Shown here: piece after piece, positions 1 through 11,129 of the stretch
Layout of the letters: each line of letters begins with the position of its first letter
Position numbering within the stretch: position 1 is the first letter of the stretch
Origin: Candidatus Latescibacterota bacterium
Lineage (GTDB): Bacteria > Latescibacterota > UBA2968 > UBA8231
DNA length: 64,000 bases
Assembly (NCBI GenBank): GCA_965206595.1
Contig: OZ242214.1
Location: 3,136,001 to 3,200,000 of the forward strand
Direction: 5' to 3'
Program-made: the position numbers and the translations under genes
The notes under the pieces: generated by a model
The model's database searches: none
Told to the model about the DNA's origin: nothing
What the model saw: only the letters and a program-made list of their open reading frames with translations

Positions 1-2
1 TG

Positions 3-695
3 CTCCACGAGCCTACGCTATCCGGCTGGCACGACGAACTATCCCGTGCCCAGGATACCCAACGGGTGATCCGCCGCGACGCCGGCTACCGCCATCCCGA
101 AATCGCGCAGGTCTGCCAGACTTTGAACGGCGGTACCCCGGCCAACGCCGCAGACCTCGCGGCACTCCTGATGGACCGGCTGGAGGAGCTTGCTCTGCAA
201 ATCCGCACCGGCAATACCGACGACTGGCGCCAGTACTGGAACGAACCGCACGGGCAATCCCCCACGCCCAAGCACGAGGACCGCTGCCGGGACATGCTGC
301 TCTCGGCCCTGCGGCAACGCCTTCCCCAAGGAGTCGACGCCCAGCCCGAGGGGCAGTACGCCCACGACAACCGCGCCGACATACGGGTTTCCTGCCGGGA
401 CTTCCAAGTGCCGGTGGAAGTCAAAAGGAACATGTATCGCAAGAGCAGGCACCGTGACTTATGGAGCGCGATGCGAAACCAGTTGATCGCCAAGTACACC
501 AGCGACCCGGACACCGGCGAATACGGCATCTACCTTGTATTCTGGTTTGGCAAGAAAGGCACTCCACCCCCACCCAAGGGGGACCCCCCGGCCAACGCCA
601 AGGATCTTAAAGAGCGACTGGAAGAAACCCTGACCCCCGTTGAAGCGCGGAAGATCTCGATCTGCGTCGTCGACGTAAGTCGACCGGATGAATAA
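3..695 (+). CDS. 3' end of a gene truncated by the window start; C-terminal PD-(D/E)xK nuclease-like domain, probably of a large defence-associated protein
   Basis: Frame is open from base 3. Pattern E..CRD.L...RADIRVS...VPVEVK resembles a PD-(D/E)xK core. Ends 6 bp before the R-M gene. Confidence 0.55.
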   Translation, partial: LHEPTLSGWHDELSRAQDTQRVIRRDAGYRHPEIAQVCQTLNGGTPANAADLAALLMDRLEELALQIRTGNTDDWRQYWNEPHGQSPTPKHEDRCRDMLLSALRQRLPQGVDAQPEGQYAHDNRADIRVSCRDFQVPVEVKRNMYRKSRHRDLWSAMRNQLIAKYTSDPDTGEYGIYLVFWFGKKGTPPPPKGDPPANAKDLKERLEETLTPVEARKISICVVDVSRPDE

Positions 696-701
696 GCGAG
701 T

Positions 702-3700
702 ATGACCGGCCAACTCTTCACCCATTACTTCCTCACCGACGGCATAAAGACCACGCCCGAGTGGCAGGCCTCGGTGGACGACCCCGAGAGGTTCGCCGCC
801 TTCAGGAAGGACGTTGCCCGGCGCTACGAAACCCTTAGCCGTTCGGCTGATCCCAACGAAGCGGCCACCGAGCAGGACCTGATCCGGCCGATCCTCGAGC
901 TTCTCGGATGGACCGACTACCTGCCGCAGCAGGGCACGGCCGGCAAGGAGGACATTCCCGACCACCTGCTCTTCGCCGACGCCGGCTCCAAGGAGCGTGC
1001 CACCGCGGAGCGCAACGCCGGCGCCCGCGCCCGGTACGCGATCGCCCTGGAGGAGAGCAAGCGCTTCGGCCTGCCCCTGGACGATCGCGACAGGGAGGCC
1101 GATTTCCACGCCCGGTCTCCCCACAGCCAGATCCTCCGCTACCTGGCCACGGCAGAAATCGAGTCGGAGAGCCGGGTCCGCTGGGGCATCCTCACCAACG
1201 GCCGGGTCTGGCGCCTGTACGACTACCGCGCCCGTCCCCGCGCCAGCGGCTACTTCGAGGCCGACCTCGCCGACCTCCTTGAGCCCGACAAGGAAGAGGA
1301 CCTGCGCGTCTTCCACCTGCTGTTCCTCCGCAACTCCTTCACGCCGCAGGAGGGAGCCGCGGCCTCCTTCCTCGAAGCCGCGCTCGCCGAGGGCCGCCGT
1401 TACGAGCAACAGGTCGCCCAGGATCTATCGGGAGTGGTGTTCGAAAGCGTCTTCCCTCGGCTCGTCCAGGCGCTCGCGGATTCCTCCCAGGCCAGCCTCC
1501 CGGAGGTCCACAAGGCCGCCCTGATCTTCCTCTACCGTCTGCTTTTCGTGCTCTACGCCGAAGATCGAGGCCTGCTGCCGGTCAACGACTCCCGGTACGA
1601 CGACTACGGCCTGCGCAAGCGGGTGCGCGACGACATCGCCCGCAGGATGGGGGACCGGGACACCTACTCGGCCCACGCCACCACCTACTACGACCACTTG
1701 ACGACGCTCTTCAGAATCATCGACCAAGGGGACGCGTCCATCGGCCTGCCCCCTTACAACGGGGGGCTGTTCGCGTCGCAAGCCGCCCCGCTGCTGGAAA
1801 CGGTCCGCCTCCCCGACGCCCAAGTCGCTCCCGTCATCTACGACCTCAGCCACGCAAAGGACCTGAAAGACGAGCGCCACTTCGTCAACTACCGCGACAT
1901 GTCCGTGCAGCAGCTCGGCTCGATCTACGAGCGCCTGCTCGAACGCGAGCCGGTCCGCGAAAACGGCGGCATCGCCATCCGCCCCAACCCGTACGCCCGC
2001 AAGGACAGCGGCAGCTTCTTCACCCCTCAGGAGCTGGTCGACCTCATCGTCGAACGCACCCTGAAGCCGCTGGCCGAGGAGCGTCTGAAGGCTTTCGAAG
2101 AGAAGGCCGCCGCACTCAAGAGCGACCGCCGGCCCAAGGGCCAACGGCTAACCGAACTGCTCAGGCTCGACCCGGCCGAGGCCGTGCTGAACCTGAAGGT
2201 GCTGGACCCGGCCATGGGCAGCGGCCACTTCCTGGTCACCGCGGTAGACTTCCTGTCCGACTACGTCGCCGAGCTGATCGAGAAGGTCGCCGCAGTCCCG
2301 GAGTGGCTCGACGGCGGGTACGCTTCGCCGCTGGTCGGGCGCGTGGCCGCGATCCGCAACGAGATCATCCGGCGTGCGGAAGAATCGAACTGGGTCCTCG
2401 ACCAAGCCCAGCTCACCGACCAGGCCATCATCCGCCGCATGGTCCTCAAGCGCTGCATCTACGGCGTGGATAAGAATCCCCTGACCGTCGAGCTGGCCAA
2501 GGTGTCGCTGTGGCTGCACAGCTTCACCGTGGGCGCGCCGCTTTCCTTCCTCGACCATCACCTGCGCTGCGGCGACTCGCTGGTCGGCATGCGGGTAGCA
2601 GAGGCGGTGCGGGACCTGAACCGGTTGGGCGGGCTGTTTGCCCAAAGCGCCATCCAGGGCGCGGAGACCGCAACCGAAGGAATGCGGCTCATCGAGGAGA
2701 TGTCCGACTCCGACGTGGCCGAGGTGCAGGAGTCGGCGGAGCTGTTCAGCGGGGTGGAGCGGACCACCGCGGACCTGCGCGGCCTGCTCGACATCCTCTG
2801 CGGCTGGCGCTGGCTCACGGCCGGCATGAAGAAGAAGGAGCGCGCGGCCTTCGAGGGACCGCTGGACGTCACCCTGGGCCGGCACTCGGCGGAAGCATTC
2901 AAGCTGTTGGTCCGGGGGCCGGGACATCTCGGCAACGACCCACCCAAGTACAAGGAATGGGCGCGGTTCGTCGAACGCTGGAACGAAGCCCGCGCCATCG
3001 CCGACCGGGAGGGTTTCCTGCACTGGGAGGTCGCCTTTCCGGGGGTGTGGCGCCGGTGGCAGGACAGCCGCCCGCAGGGAGGATTCGATGCCGTCATCGG
3101 CAATCCCCCGTGGGACCGCATCAAGCTGCAGGAAGTGGAGTGGTTCGCGACCCGTGATCCGGAGCTCGCCCTGGCGCCAACCGCGGCGGCAAGGCGAAAG
3201 GGCATTCAGCGGCTGCGCGACCAGGGATCGTCCCTGGCGTCCGCGTTCGACGCAGCCCGGGAGCAGTCCGAGAGCCTGGCCCGCATGATCCGATCCTGCG
3301 GCGACTACCCCTTGCTCGGAGGCGGCGACGTCAACCTGTACTCGCTGTTCGTCGAGCGGGCCACCGCCCTGATCAGGCCGGACGGCTTCGTCGGTTTGCT
3401 GACGCCGTCGGGCATCTACGCCGACAAGACCGCGGCCCCCTTCTTCAAGTCCGTTTCCACCGGCGGTCGGGTGGGCGGCCTGTTCGACTTCGAGAACCGC
3501 CGCCTTGGAACCGATCTGCCCCCCTTCTTCCCGGACGTTGATTCCCGCTTCAAGTTCTGCGCCCTCGTTTTCGGCGGAGAGGACCGGCGCTTCAACCGGA
3601 CCGCCTGTGCCTTCTTCCTGCACGACACGAGAACGCTCGCTGACGAGGATCGCTGCTTTCCCCTGGCCCCGGAGGACTTCGTTCGGGTGAACCCAAATAC

Positions 3701-4760
3701 AGGTACGGCGCCGGTGTTCCGGACGCGGAGAGATTCCGAGATCACCCGCCGCATCTACGAGCAGCACCCGGTGCTGGTGGATCGCTCCGGGGGTGAGGAG
3801 GTCCGGGCGTGGCAGGTGAAGTACGTGCGCATGTTCGACATGACCAACGACTCGCATCGCTTCAGGACTGGGGCCGAGCTCGATGCGGCGGGATTCTACC
3901 CGGTGCAGGGCAACCGCTGGAAGAAGGGGAGGGAGCTGTACCTGCCCCTGTACGAGGGCAAGATGGTGCAGGCTTTCGACCACCGGGCCGCCAGCATCGT
4001 GGTCAACCCGGAGAACCTGAACCGGCCCGCCCAACCGCGGGAAGCTACCGCCGGGGAACACGCCGACCCGGACTGGTTGCCCAATCCGCAGTTCTGGGTG
4101 AGAGAAAAGGAAGCTGAATGGCCAGAAGACTTGGGGTGGACGGTGGCCTTCAAGCATGTTACAGCTCCGACAAATATTCGGACAATGATCGCCTGTGTAG
4201 GACCACGCGCAGGTTTCGGCAATAGTCTGCCAATCCTGTTGCCTACCAACAAAACACCCGCCGAAATCCAGATATACAAAAAAAGTTCATATCTGGTCGC
4301 CGCAAATTTGAGCACATTCGCTTTTGATTTTGTCACGCGCCAAAAGGTCCAAGGACAGAATCTGAATTTGTTCATCGTCGAGCAGCTCCCCGTTATCGCA
4401 CCCGCCGACTACGACCGCCCATTCGGCGCCACCACCGCCCGCGACCTCGTCAAGGATCACGTCCTCCGCCTCACGTATACCGCACACGACATGGCCCCCT
4501 TCGCCCGCGACCTCGGCCACGACGGCCCACCCTTCCCGTGGGACGAGGAAGAACGCCGACACCTCCGCGCCCGCCTCGACGCCCTCTACTTCCATCTCTA
4601 CGGCCTCACCCGGGAGGACGCGGCGTACGTCCTCGACACCTTCCCGATCGTCCGCCGGGAGGACGTGGCCGCCTTCGGCCGCTACCGAACCCGCGAGCTG
4701 ATCCTCGCCTACATGAATGCCCTTGCAGCGGGGGATGTGGAGACGAGGGTGGCTGTGTAG
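702..4760 (+). CDS. Type IIG (Eco57I-like) fused restriction endonuclease / amino-methyltransferase
   Basis: 1352 aa. N-terminal PD...EESK nuclease with WGILTNG, motif X (GSFFTP), motif I (VLDPAMGSGHF), motif IV (GNPPW), C-terminal TRD region. Confidence 0.92.
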   Translation: MTGQLFTHYFLTDGIKTTPEWQASVDDPERFAAFRKDVARRYETLSRSADPNEAATEQDLIRPILELLGWTDYLPQQGTAGKEDIPDHLLFADAGSKERATAERNAGARARYAIALEESKRFGLPLDDRDREADFHARSPHSQILRYLATAEIESESRVRWGILTNGRVWRLYDYRARPRASGYFEADLADLLEPDKEEDLRVFHLLFLRNSFTPQEGAAASFLEAALAEGRRYEQQVAQDLSGVVFESVFPRLVQALADSSQASLPEVHKAALIFLYRLLFVLYAEDRGLLPVNDSRYDDYGLRKRVRDDIARRMGDRDTYSAHATTYYDHLTTLFRIIDQGDASIGLPPYNGGLFASQAAPLLETVRLPDAQVAPVIYDLSHAKDLKDERHFVNYRDMSVQQLGSIYERLLEREPVRENGGIAIRPNPYARKDSGSFFTPQELVDLIVERTLKPLAEERLKAFEEKAAALKSDRRPKGQRLTELLRLDPAEAVLNLKVLDPAMGSGHFLVTAVDFLSDYVAELIEKVAAVPEWLDGGYASPLVGRVAAIRNEIIRRAEESNWVLDQAQLTDQAIIRRMVLKRCIYGVDKNPLTVELAKVSLWLHSFTVGAPLSFLDHHLRCGDSLVGMRVAEAVRDLNRLGGLFAQSAIQGAETATEGMRLIEEMSDSDVAEVQESAELFSGVERTTADLRGLLDILCGWRWLTAGMKKKERAAFEGPLDVTLGRHSAEAFKLLVRGPGHLGNDPPKYKEWARFVERWNEARAIADREGFLHWEVAFPGVWRRWQDSRPQGGFDAVIGNPPWDRIKLQEVEWFATRDPELALAPTAAARRKGIQRLRDQGSSLASAFDAAREQSESLARMIRSCGDYPLLGGGDVNLYSLFVERATALIRPDGFVGLLTPSGIYADKTAAPFFKSVSTGGRVGGLFDFENRRLGTDLPPFFPDVDSRFKFCALVFGGEDRRFNRTACAFFLHDTRTLADEDRCFPLAPEDFVRVNPNTGTAPVFRTRRDSEITRRIYEQHPVLVDRSGGEEVRAWQVKYVRMFDMTNDSHRFRTGAELDAAGFYPVQGNRWKKGRELYLPLYEGKMVQAFDHRAASIVVNPENLNRPAQPREATAGEHADPDWLPNPQFWVREKEAEWPEDLGWTVAFKHVTAPTNIRTMIACVGPRAGFGNSLPILLPTNKTPAEIQIYKKSSYLVAANLSTFAFDFVTRQKVQGQNLNLFIVEQLPVIAPADYDRPFGATTARDLVKDHVLRLTYTAHDMAPFARDLGHDGPPFPWDEEERRHLRARLDALYFHLYGLTREDAAYVLDTFPIVRREDVAAFGRYRTRELILAYMNALAAGDVETRVAV

Positions 4761-4839
4761 ATGGGCAAGGTTGACTCTCCAGCAAAGAGCCCCGTCTTCT
4801 TGTACCGAAGATGGGAGCTTCTTTTCTTTGCCCCTAATG

Positions 4840-4983
4840 CAGCACCGCCACCCGGCCGGCCTGCACCACCTGCGCTGGGACGGCCACGACGAGGGAGCCT
4901 GCCGCAGGCCAGCGGCGTCTACGTGGTACCGGCTGGTGACCGCAGAGGCCGCGCAGACGCGCAAGCTGACCCTGCTGCGCTGA
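4840..4983 (+). pseudogene. Remnant of a FlgD-Ig / secretion-type C-terminal domain
   Basis: Frameshifted translation PAGLHHLRWDGHDEG..ASGVY/WYRLVTAEAAQTRKLTLLR* matches the tail of the WD40 protein ending at 42732 (PAGTHQVSWDGRDQRG..AAGVYLSRL..QTQRLLYLK). Confidence 0.6.
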
Positions 4984-5092
4984 AGACGGGATATGCTGAA
5001 TATTCGTCGTCAATCACTACCGACCGTACAAGGGGCGAACCAGCTCCCAATATGCCGGCGGTAGATCAACCATCGCATCACGGGAGATTAGA

Positions 5093-6016
5093 ATGCCTCG
5101 CGACTGGAAAGCCCTGTTCACCTCGTGGTCCAAACCGCCAAGCGATACAGAGGAAGCCAAGGCCGCCCGCGCGGCGAAAATGATCCGCCAAGCGATCCAC
5201 GAGCATGAGCCCCTAAAGGCCAAGCAGACAAGTGTGTACGCCACCGGCTCCTACAGAAACAACACGAACACACGGCTTGAGAGTGACATCGATGTTGCAG
5301 TGGTTCTCCATGACAGCTTCTTTTCAGAATACCCATCCGGTAAGCCTCCTCAGGCTTCAGACCTAGGATACCCTAAAGCATCCTACGGTCTTTCCGATTT
5401 TCGCACGGATGTCGGTCGCGCTCTAGCCAGCAAGTTCGGTGCAAGTAGCGTTACATCGGGCACAAAGGCGTTTGATGTACATGAAACTAGCGTGCGGCTT
5501 GACGCGGACGTAGCCGTCTTTCTGGAGCACCGTCGATACACAGGCAAGAAGAACAGCGATGGCACTTGGCACTATCTCGAGGGTGTAGAAATGCGCGGAA
5601 GTGAAAACAAGAAGATTATCAACTGGCATGAACAACACTATAACAAGGGCGTCGCCAAGAACGACCGCACGGGGCGGCGGTATAAGCGTGTTGCTCGGAT
5701 CCTGAAGCGATTGCGTGACGACATGCAGGAGGCAGGAAGCACGGAGGCAAGAACCGCTGCGGACGTTCCATCATTTCTACTCGAGTGCATCGCTTACAAT
5801 GCGTCCGATGATTGCTACCAAAAAGACCATTTATACGATGACGTGCAAGCGGTCGTAGCACAACTCTGGAACAAAACGAAACCGGAGACCGAAGACCTTG
5901 TTCTTGTCGAGGTAAGCGGTTTGAAGTGGCTCTTCGGCAGCACTCAGCCGTGGTCCAAGGCTACCGCGCATGAGTTCCTCATCCGTGCTTGGCAACACGT
6001 GGGATTCAGGCAATGA
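5093..6016 (+). CDS. CBASS cyclic oligonucleotide synthase (CD-NTase, CdnE-like)
   Basis: GSYRNNTN...SDIDV pol-beta NTase motif, third acidic residue in DADVAV, IINWHEQH..KN..T..RYK..RILK and VPSFLLEC; 307 aa. Confidence 0.9.
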   Translation: MPRDWKALFTSWSKPPSDTEEAKAARAAKMIRQAIHEHEPLKAKQTSVYATGSYRNNTNTRLESDIDVAVVLHDSFFSEYPSGKPPQASDLGYPKASYGLSDFRTDVGRALASKFGASSVTSGTKAFDVHETSVRLDADVAVFLEHRRYTGKKNSDGTWHYLEGVEMRGSENKKIINWHEQHYNKGVAKNDRTGRRYKRVARILKRLRDDMQEAGSTEARTAADVPSFLLECIAYNASDDCYQKDHLYDDVQAVVAQLWNKTKPETEDLVLVEVSGLKWLFGSTQPWSKATAHEFLIRAWQHVGFRQ

Positions 6017-6678
6017 GTAGAGCATACGCCACAATAATCGTTGCGCTCGTTGCCGCTACTTGGGCCATCTATTTTTTCGCACAGGGAGTCCAACTCGCAT
6101 GGAGCTTTCTGGTCCCTTTCTCTGTCGCAGTGGGTGTATTGACCTCCACAGGATTTGTGTTTAAACACTGGGCCTGGTACTGGCCAGGAGTGCATCTATT
6201 GACAAAGACCCCTCGGTTGACCGGAACCTGGGTGGGCAAACTCAGATCCAACTACATCCACGATGGCGAAACCGAGCCGCGTGGTCCCATCGACGTGGCC
6301 ATGGTGGTAACACAGTCCGTCGATGGGCTGAACGTTCGTCAGTACACTCAGGAGTCTTCCTCGACAACAGTGGCGGCATCCGTTTCTGAGGAACCTGGCG
6401 AACGGTTTTCGCTTGCTACGGTCTACTTGAACGAGCCCGAGATCCAGCTTCAGCAGACACGCAGCCCGATGCACTACGGTGCCACTCGACTCACTATCGA
6501 AGGACCACCGCGAAACCCCAAGAGGCTGACAGGAAACTACTGGACCGGTCGAAGAACATCCGGCTCGCTTGACCTCAAGTTCGTCTGCCGGTTCCGGGCG
6601 CACTCTTTTCAGGAGGCTTTGTCCCTTGAGAAGAATAGGCCTTCTCGCTTGGCGGGATTGTTTGGTAGTCGTTTGTAG
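6013..6678 (+). CDS. cap15: CBASS Cap15-like effector (2 TM helices + beta-barrel, S-2TMbeta)
   Basis: Two N-terminal hydrophobic helices, P.LTGTW.G.L.S, ESSS, Y.NEP, HYG, GNYWTGR.TSG. ATGA overlap with the CD-NTase stop. Confidence 0.85.
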   Translation: MSRAYATIIVALVAATWAIYFFAQGVQLAWSFLVPFSVAVGVLTSTGFVFKHWAWYWPGVHLLTKTPRLTGTWVGKLRSNYIHDGETEPRGPIDVAMVVTQSVDGLNVRQYTQESSSTTVAASVSEEPGERFSLATVYLNEPEIQLQQTRSPMHYGATRLTIEGPPRNPKRLTGNYWTGRRTSGSLDLKFVCRFRAHSFQEALSLEKNRPSRLAGLFGSRL

Positions 6679-6739
6679 GTTTTTCAAAGGTGGTCTAACA
6701 AGAAGGTGGTTCCAAGAACTCCGGGTTCGGTTTCTTGTG

Positions 6740-7200
6740 TGATCGTGCAGACGAGCGAGCGCCGCATCATCCGCCTGGGCTCCCGGCACGGCTTGCTCAA
6801 GGCCACTCAAGCCGAATCGGCTCGCCGACGAGGAGCCCGTGCTGGCCGACCTGACGGCGCCCCGGTGGTTGCACCATCGCCACCGGGACCGGGGCTGCCT
6901 GCGCCTCCTCGATTCGCATCGGTTTTCCTTCGCGCTCAAAACGCCGTGAGCGGGACCAACCATCTCCTGCTCTCGCCGATGAAACTGCCTGAGAAGCTGG
7001 CAGCTCTGGTCCCCCCGCCCCGGTTCCATCTACTGCGTTACCATGGGGTCCCGGCTTCAGCCCCGTGCCCGGGGCCGCGGCCGCACCGTGCCCGCCAAAC
7101 CGGTTGAGGCGTCGACGGCGGAAAACGGCGATTCGAGCGCTGGGCCCGCTCATCGCCCTGCGCTGACGGACGGGCCGCCGAAAGCCATTCCCCCGTCACG
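6740..7200 (+). mobile_element. Degenerate IS91/ISCR-family transposase fragment
   Basis: GTNHLLLSPMKLPEKLAALVPPPRFHLLRYHGV matches the conserved C-terminal motif of IS91-like Y2 transposases. No full ORF; ends are approximate. Confidence 0.65.
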
Positions 7201-7295
7201 AAGAATCCCCCAGCCGTCACCCAGATTCCCCCATATTCAGTTGAGGAGTCTCGGGTCCCAGGAGAACGCATGAGACCGCCAACGGAGTGCGCAGG

Positions 7296-10200
7296 ATGAC
7301 GCAACAGCGAAACGACGAGTTCCCCGACCAACTCCACATCAACCATGTTCGTGATGCCCTTTGGCGGCGTCCGGGCCAGGCGTCGGTGATGATCGGGAGT
7401 GGGTTTTCCCGGAATGCCAGAAAGAACCGGCCCGACGCCCCGGATATCCCTTTGTTGCCGGACTTGGCGGATGCACTGTCCAAGGATCTCTCCGTCTCAC
7501 GAGACAAACCGGAGTGCGAGGTCGATGCCTTGGAACTTGCATAGGAGTACGAGCGGGTCTTCGGCCGGGCGCGTCTCCACCAGTTCCTGATCGACTCGGT
7601 GCGCGACGAGGATTTCGGACCGGGCGAGCCTCACCTCAGACTGTTGAAGCTGCCGTGGAGGGATGTCTTTACGACCAACTGGGATACCCTGCTGGAACAG
7701 TGCCGTCGGGTGTCTGAGCGGTCGTACACTCTGGTTTCTTCGCCGACACAGCTTCCGCTTTGCGCGCCGCCCCGGATCGTAAAGCTGCATGGATCCTTGG
7801 GTGGGACCTTCCCACTGATCGTCACCAAGGAGGACTACGAGAGCTATCCAGAGAAGTTTGCTCCCTTCGTGAACACCGTACATCAAGCGATGATGGAGAC
7901 GGTCTTCCTGTTGCTCGGTTTCTCGGGCGAGGATCCGAACTTCCGGCGGTGGATCGGGTGGGTCGGAAAATACCTGGGGGAATCTGCCCCGAGAATCTAC
8001 TTGGCTGGCTGGCTCGGTCTAAGCCAGCTTGGCCGGAAGGAGTTAATTGGAAAGAACATTCGGCCCATCGACCTTGCGGAACACCCCAAGGCTGAGGAAT
8101 GGGAAGAGTCAAGGAAGCACGTAGATGCCTTGGAGTGGCTTCTCGTCTCCCTTGAGCAAGGAAGGCCCAATTCAGAGGATGGGCCATCTCACCTGGAACC
8201 GAACCGACTGAGTGTGCGGGCCGATCTTCGGCCTATGCCGTCTGTGGTCAATGCGCCTGAAGAGGAACTGTGGGAGCATGCCCCGGGAGAGCCCCACGAA
8301 CCTGCTTATCTGGAGAGAATCAGATATGTCGTGCGCGTATGGGGGAACAATCGAGAAAGTTGTCCATCCTGGCTGGTCATGCCCTTCGAGGAGGCGCAGG
8401 AAGTGCGTGCATACACCGATCACTGGCAGCCACCGATCCTTGCTGCGTTGCCGAACCTGGCCGACGGGGCCGAGCGTCTTGGTGCGCTGAGCGAGCTGGT
8501 CTGGCGGCGTGAGGCGGCATTCGATCCACTCTTCAAGGATCTCCAAAAGGCCGTTGGCGGTGTTCTCGAGGAGATCGACTGCGAGCGTCGTTTGGTCGGA
8601 GGCGAGGATCCAGGGGATCTGGATTGGGGCCGTGTTCGGCGTCAGTGGAGGACGCTGGCCGCGGCTCTCGTGACGGAGGCCCGATTTGACTTTGATCGCG
8701 AGAGGTTCGAGCACTGGATCGAACAACTGGCGCCCCTCATGGTGGAAGACGAAGACCTCGTCGAGCGGGTAGAGCATGAGAAGTGTCTGTGGGCGTTGAA
8801 CCAGCAAGACTATCCCCAGCTCAATGATCTGGTTGGGCAGTGGAACCCGCGAGCTACGGATCCGGCCTGGCTGTTGAGGAAAGCGGCAATGTTGGCAGAA
8901 CTGGGCCGTCACCAAGAAGCAAGAGAACTCGCGCTCGGCGTACTGGAGACGGTGCGTAGGTGGCCTGGCGGTCCGGCTAGTCTGGCCGGCGTCTCAAGGG
9001 AGGCATGGGCTCTGCGGCTCGCCCACGTGACCGACGACGACAGAGAGAACACGATTGCGAAGTTGCGCGAGTTGGAAGCGAGGTACCGCGAGTTTGCGCA
9101 GTATGGATGCGACCCGACAGCTGAGTTGCGGGCTCACGAGCCGGCAGTCGTGGGCAGCCCTCCGGTCGAGAAGCAAAAGCCGTTCGATCTCGGCAGGATT
9201 CCCGGGGAGGGTTTGAGCTTCAGCAACGTGGCCTACCATAGGGTTCTGGCGGCCCTGCGCGCGATAAGATTCGCCGAGGTAGTCGGATCGCCGAGCTTCG
9301 TCAGCGGCACTTTCCTAACCCGTGCGGCAGAGGCGCTCCTGCCCTACAGCCCGGAATGGGCCTCAGCGCTTGCCGTGCGCTGCGCAGACGGAGGTGCTGA
9401 TCGGCGGTTCTCGAGAACCTTGTCGCGCTGGCGGATCGCATTCATGGAGCCGGAGTTGGCCCGGTCTTTGGCCGAGTCCCAGCGCCGTACGATCGAGTAC
9501 GCACTCAAGCAGGTGGAACGCAGCACCCGTGCGGTTCAAACCTGGTGGCTCTGGAGCCAACGGCTCGAGGCCGCGATAGAAGCGTTGTCCCGGTTTGTTC
9601 TCCGCTTGAAACCCGAAGAAGTGGAGAGCGCGCTGCAGTTGGCGCGGTCCCTTTATTGCAATCCCCGGATTCACTCGCGCATCCAGTATTGCAAGCCCTT
9701 GGGCAATCTTCTGCGCAGATCATGGGAGGCCCTTCCTGGTACCCTACAGGCGCAACATGCACTGGACCTTCTCCGCCTGCCCATCGTCGGTGTCGACGGG
9801 TTTGCCGGGAACTCGGCAGACCACTACGAGGATCCCGGTTACATCATCGACGCCGCGAATTCGGTACGGGATTGCCCTGCCCCCGCCCGGTCCGAGGCTA
9901 ATGAGAGTGCCTGGGTCGAAGTTGTTCGTCTCGCCGACAAAGGACTGGGTACCGGAGGCACGGCGCGAAAGCGGGCGGCGGTCAGGCTGGCCGTTCTGTC
10001 GCGTTGGCAGAGGTTGACGTCGGACGAGCGGCAGCGGCTTGCCGGCTCGCTGTGGGGGTTCGGCTTGGATTGCGATGGTCTGCCGAGGGATGCGGACCTG
10101 CACCCGTGGGTGTTTCTGAAACTGCCGGAGCCGGAGCCTGGGATGGCTGAGAAACGGCTTCGCGCCGCGTGGGTAAAATCCGCGAACTGGGAGGACGAGA

Positions 10201-11108
10201 GTAGGGAGTCGCTGGAGAAGGTCCTTGCCGGCGCGGGGACTGCCCTGAGCAACCTGCCAGCACGCGGACACGAGATCACGCTCACTAATGCCGAGGTCGA
10301 TTCACTCCTGGCAGCGGTTGATCGCTGGGCAGCGATGGGACCCTCGACGATTCTTCCATGGAACCGCCCCCATATGTTGCAGGAGTGGCGCAGCACCTTG
10401 AGGAACGTCGCGGCGTTATTACTGGAGTTGGAAGCGAGCCCCACGACGGCACAGACATTGCTCGACACCGTGCGGAAGCTGGGCACTGAAAAAACGCCAG
10501 CATACGAGTTGGTGCCTGGAATCGTGAAGTCCGGCCAAGAGCTGGCCGGTTCCGCCGCGGCGTTGCTACGGATCGGGCTCGGAGGCTCGACACCTGAACA
10601 ACGCGAACAAGCAGCGAGCGCGTGCATAGGTCTGTATCGGTGGCTTCGGGCTTCTGTCTGGGAAGATTCCCGTCTACCACGGCCACCTGACCACTTGGTA
10701 TTTGAGATGGGCGAAATCATCGCGGCCCCCAGGTGGCTTGTTCTCTCCCAAGCTCTTGAGATTGCGGCATGGGTGTTCGAGGAGGGATCCACGGAGCACC
10801 GCGAGCTTCTACGGCCATCAGTCCTTTCAGGTCTCGAGTCTCTCCGGCGCGCGCTTGTCTTTCGGGAGATTTCTTCGCATCCCTTCGTCGAACAACCCCA
10901 GGTCAGCGAAGATGACGTGGACGTGCCTTGGCTCCGCTGGCGTTGCGTCCAATTGGCAAAGGCCATGGACACCGCCGGATTCGGAGACGAGGCGGCTGTA
11001 ACTGGGTGGCTGAAGGACGCCGAGACAGATCCATTGCCGGAGCTGCGCTTCGCGGTGGAAGACTGGCACGACCGTCGGGTTTCGAAAAACGCGCCTGCCT
11101 CAGAGTAA
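7296..11108 (+). pseudogene. DSR1-like defence-associated sirtuin (SIR2-like NADase + long helical C-terminus), interrupted by in-frame TAG at 7542-7544
   Basis: ORFs 7287-7544 and 7599-11108 share a frame. Motifs MIGSGFS before the stop; TTNWD, KLHGS and GFSGEDPNF after it. Confidence 0.8.
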
Positions 11109-11129
11109 GGGAACAGATCGGCCGATTTC

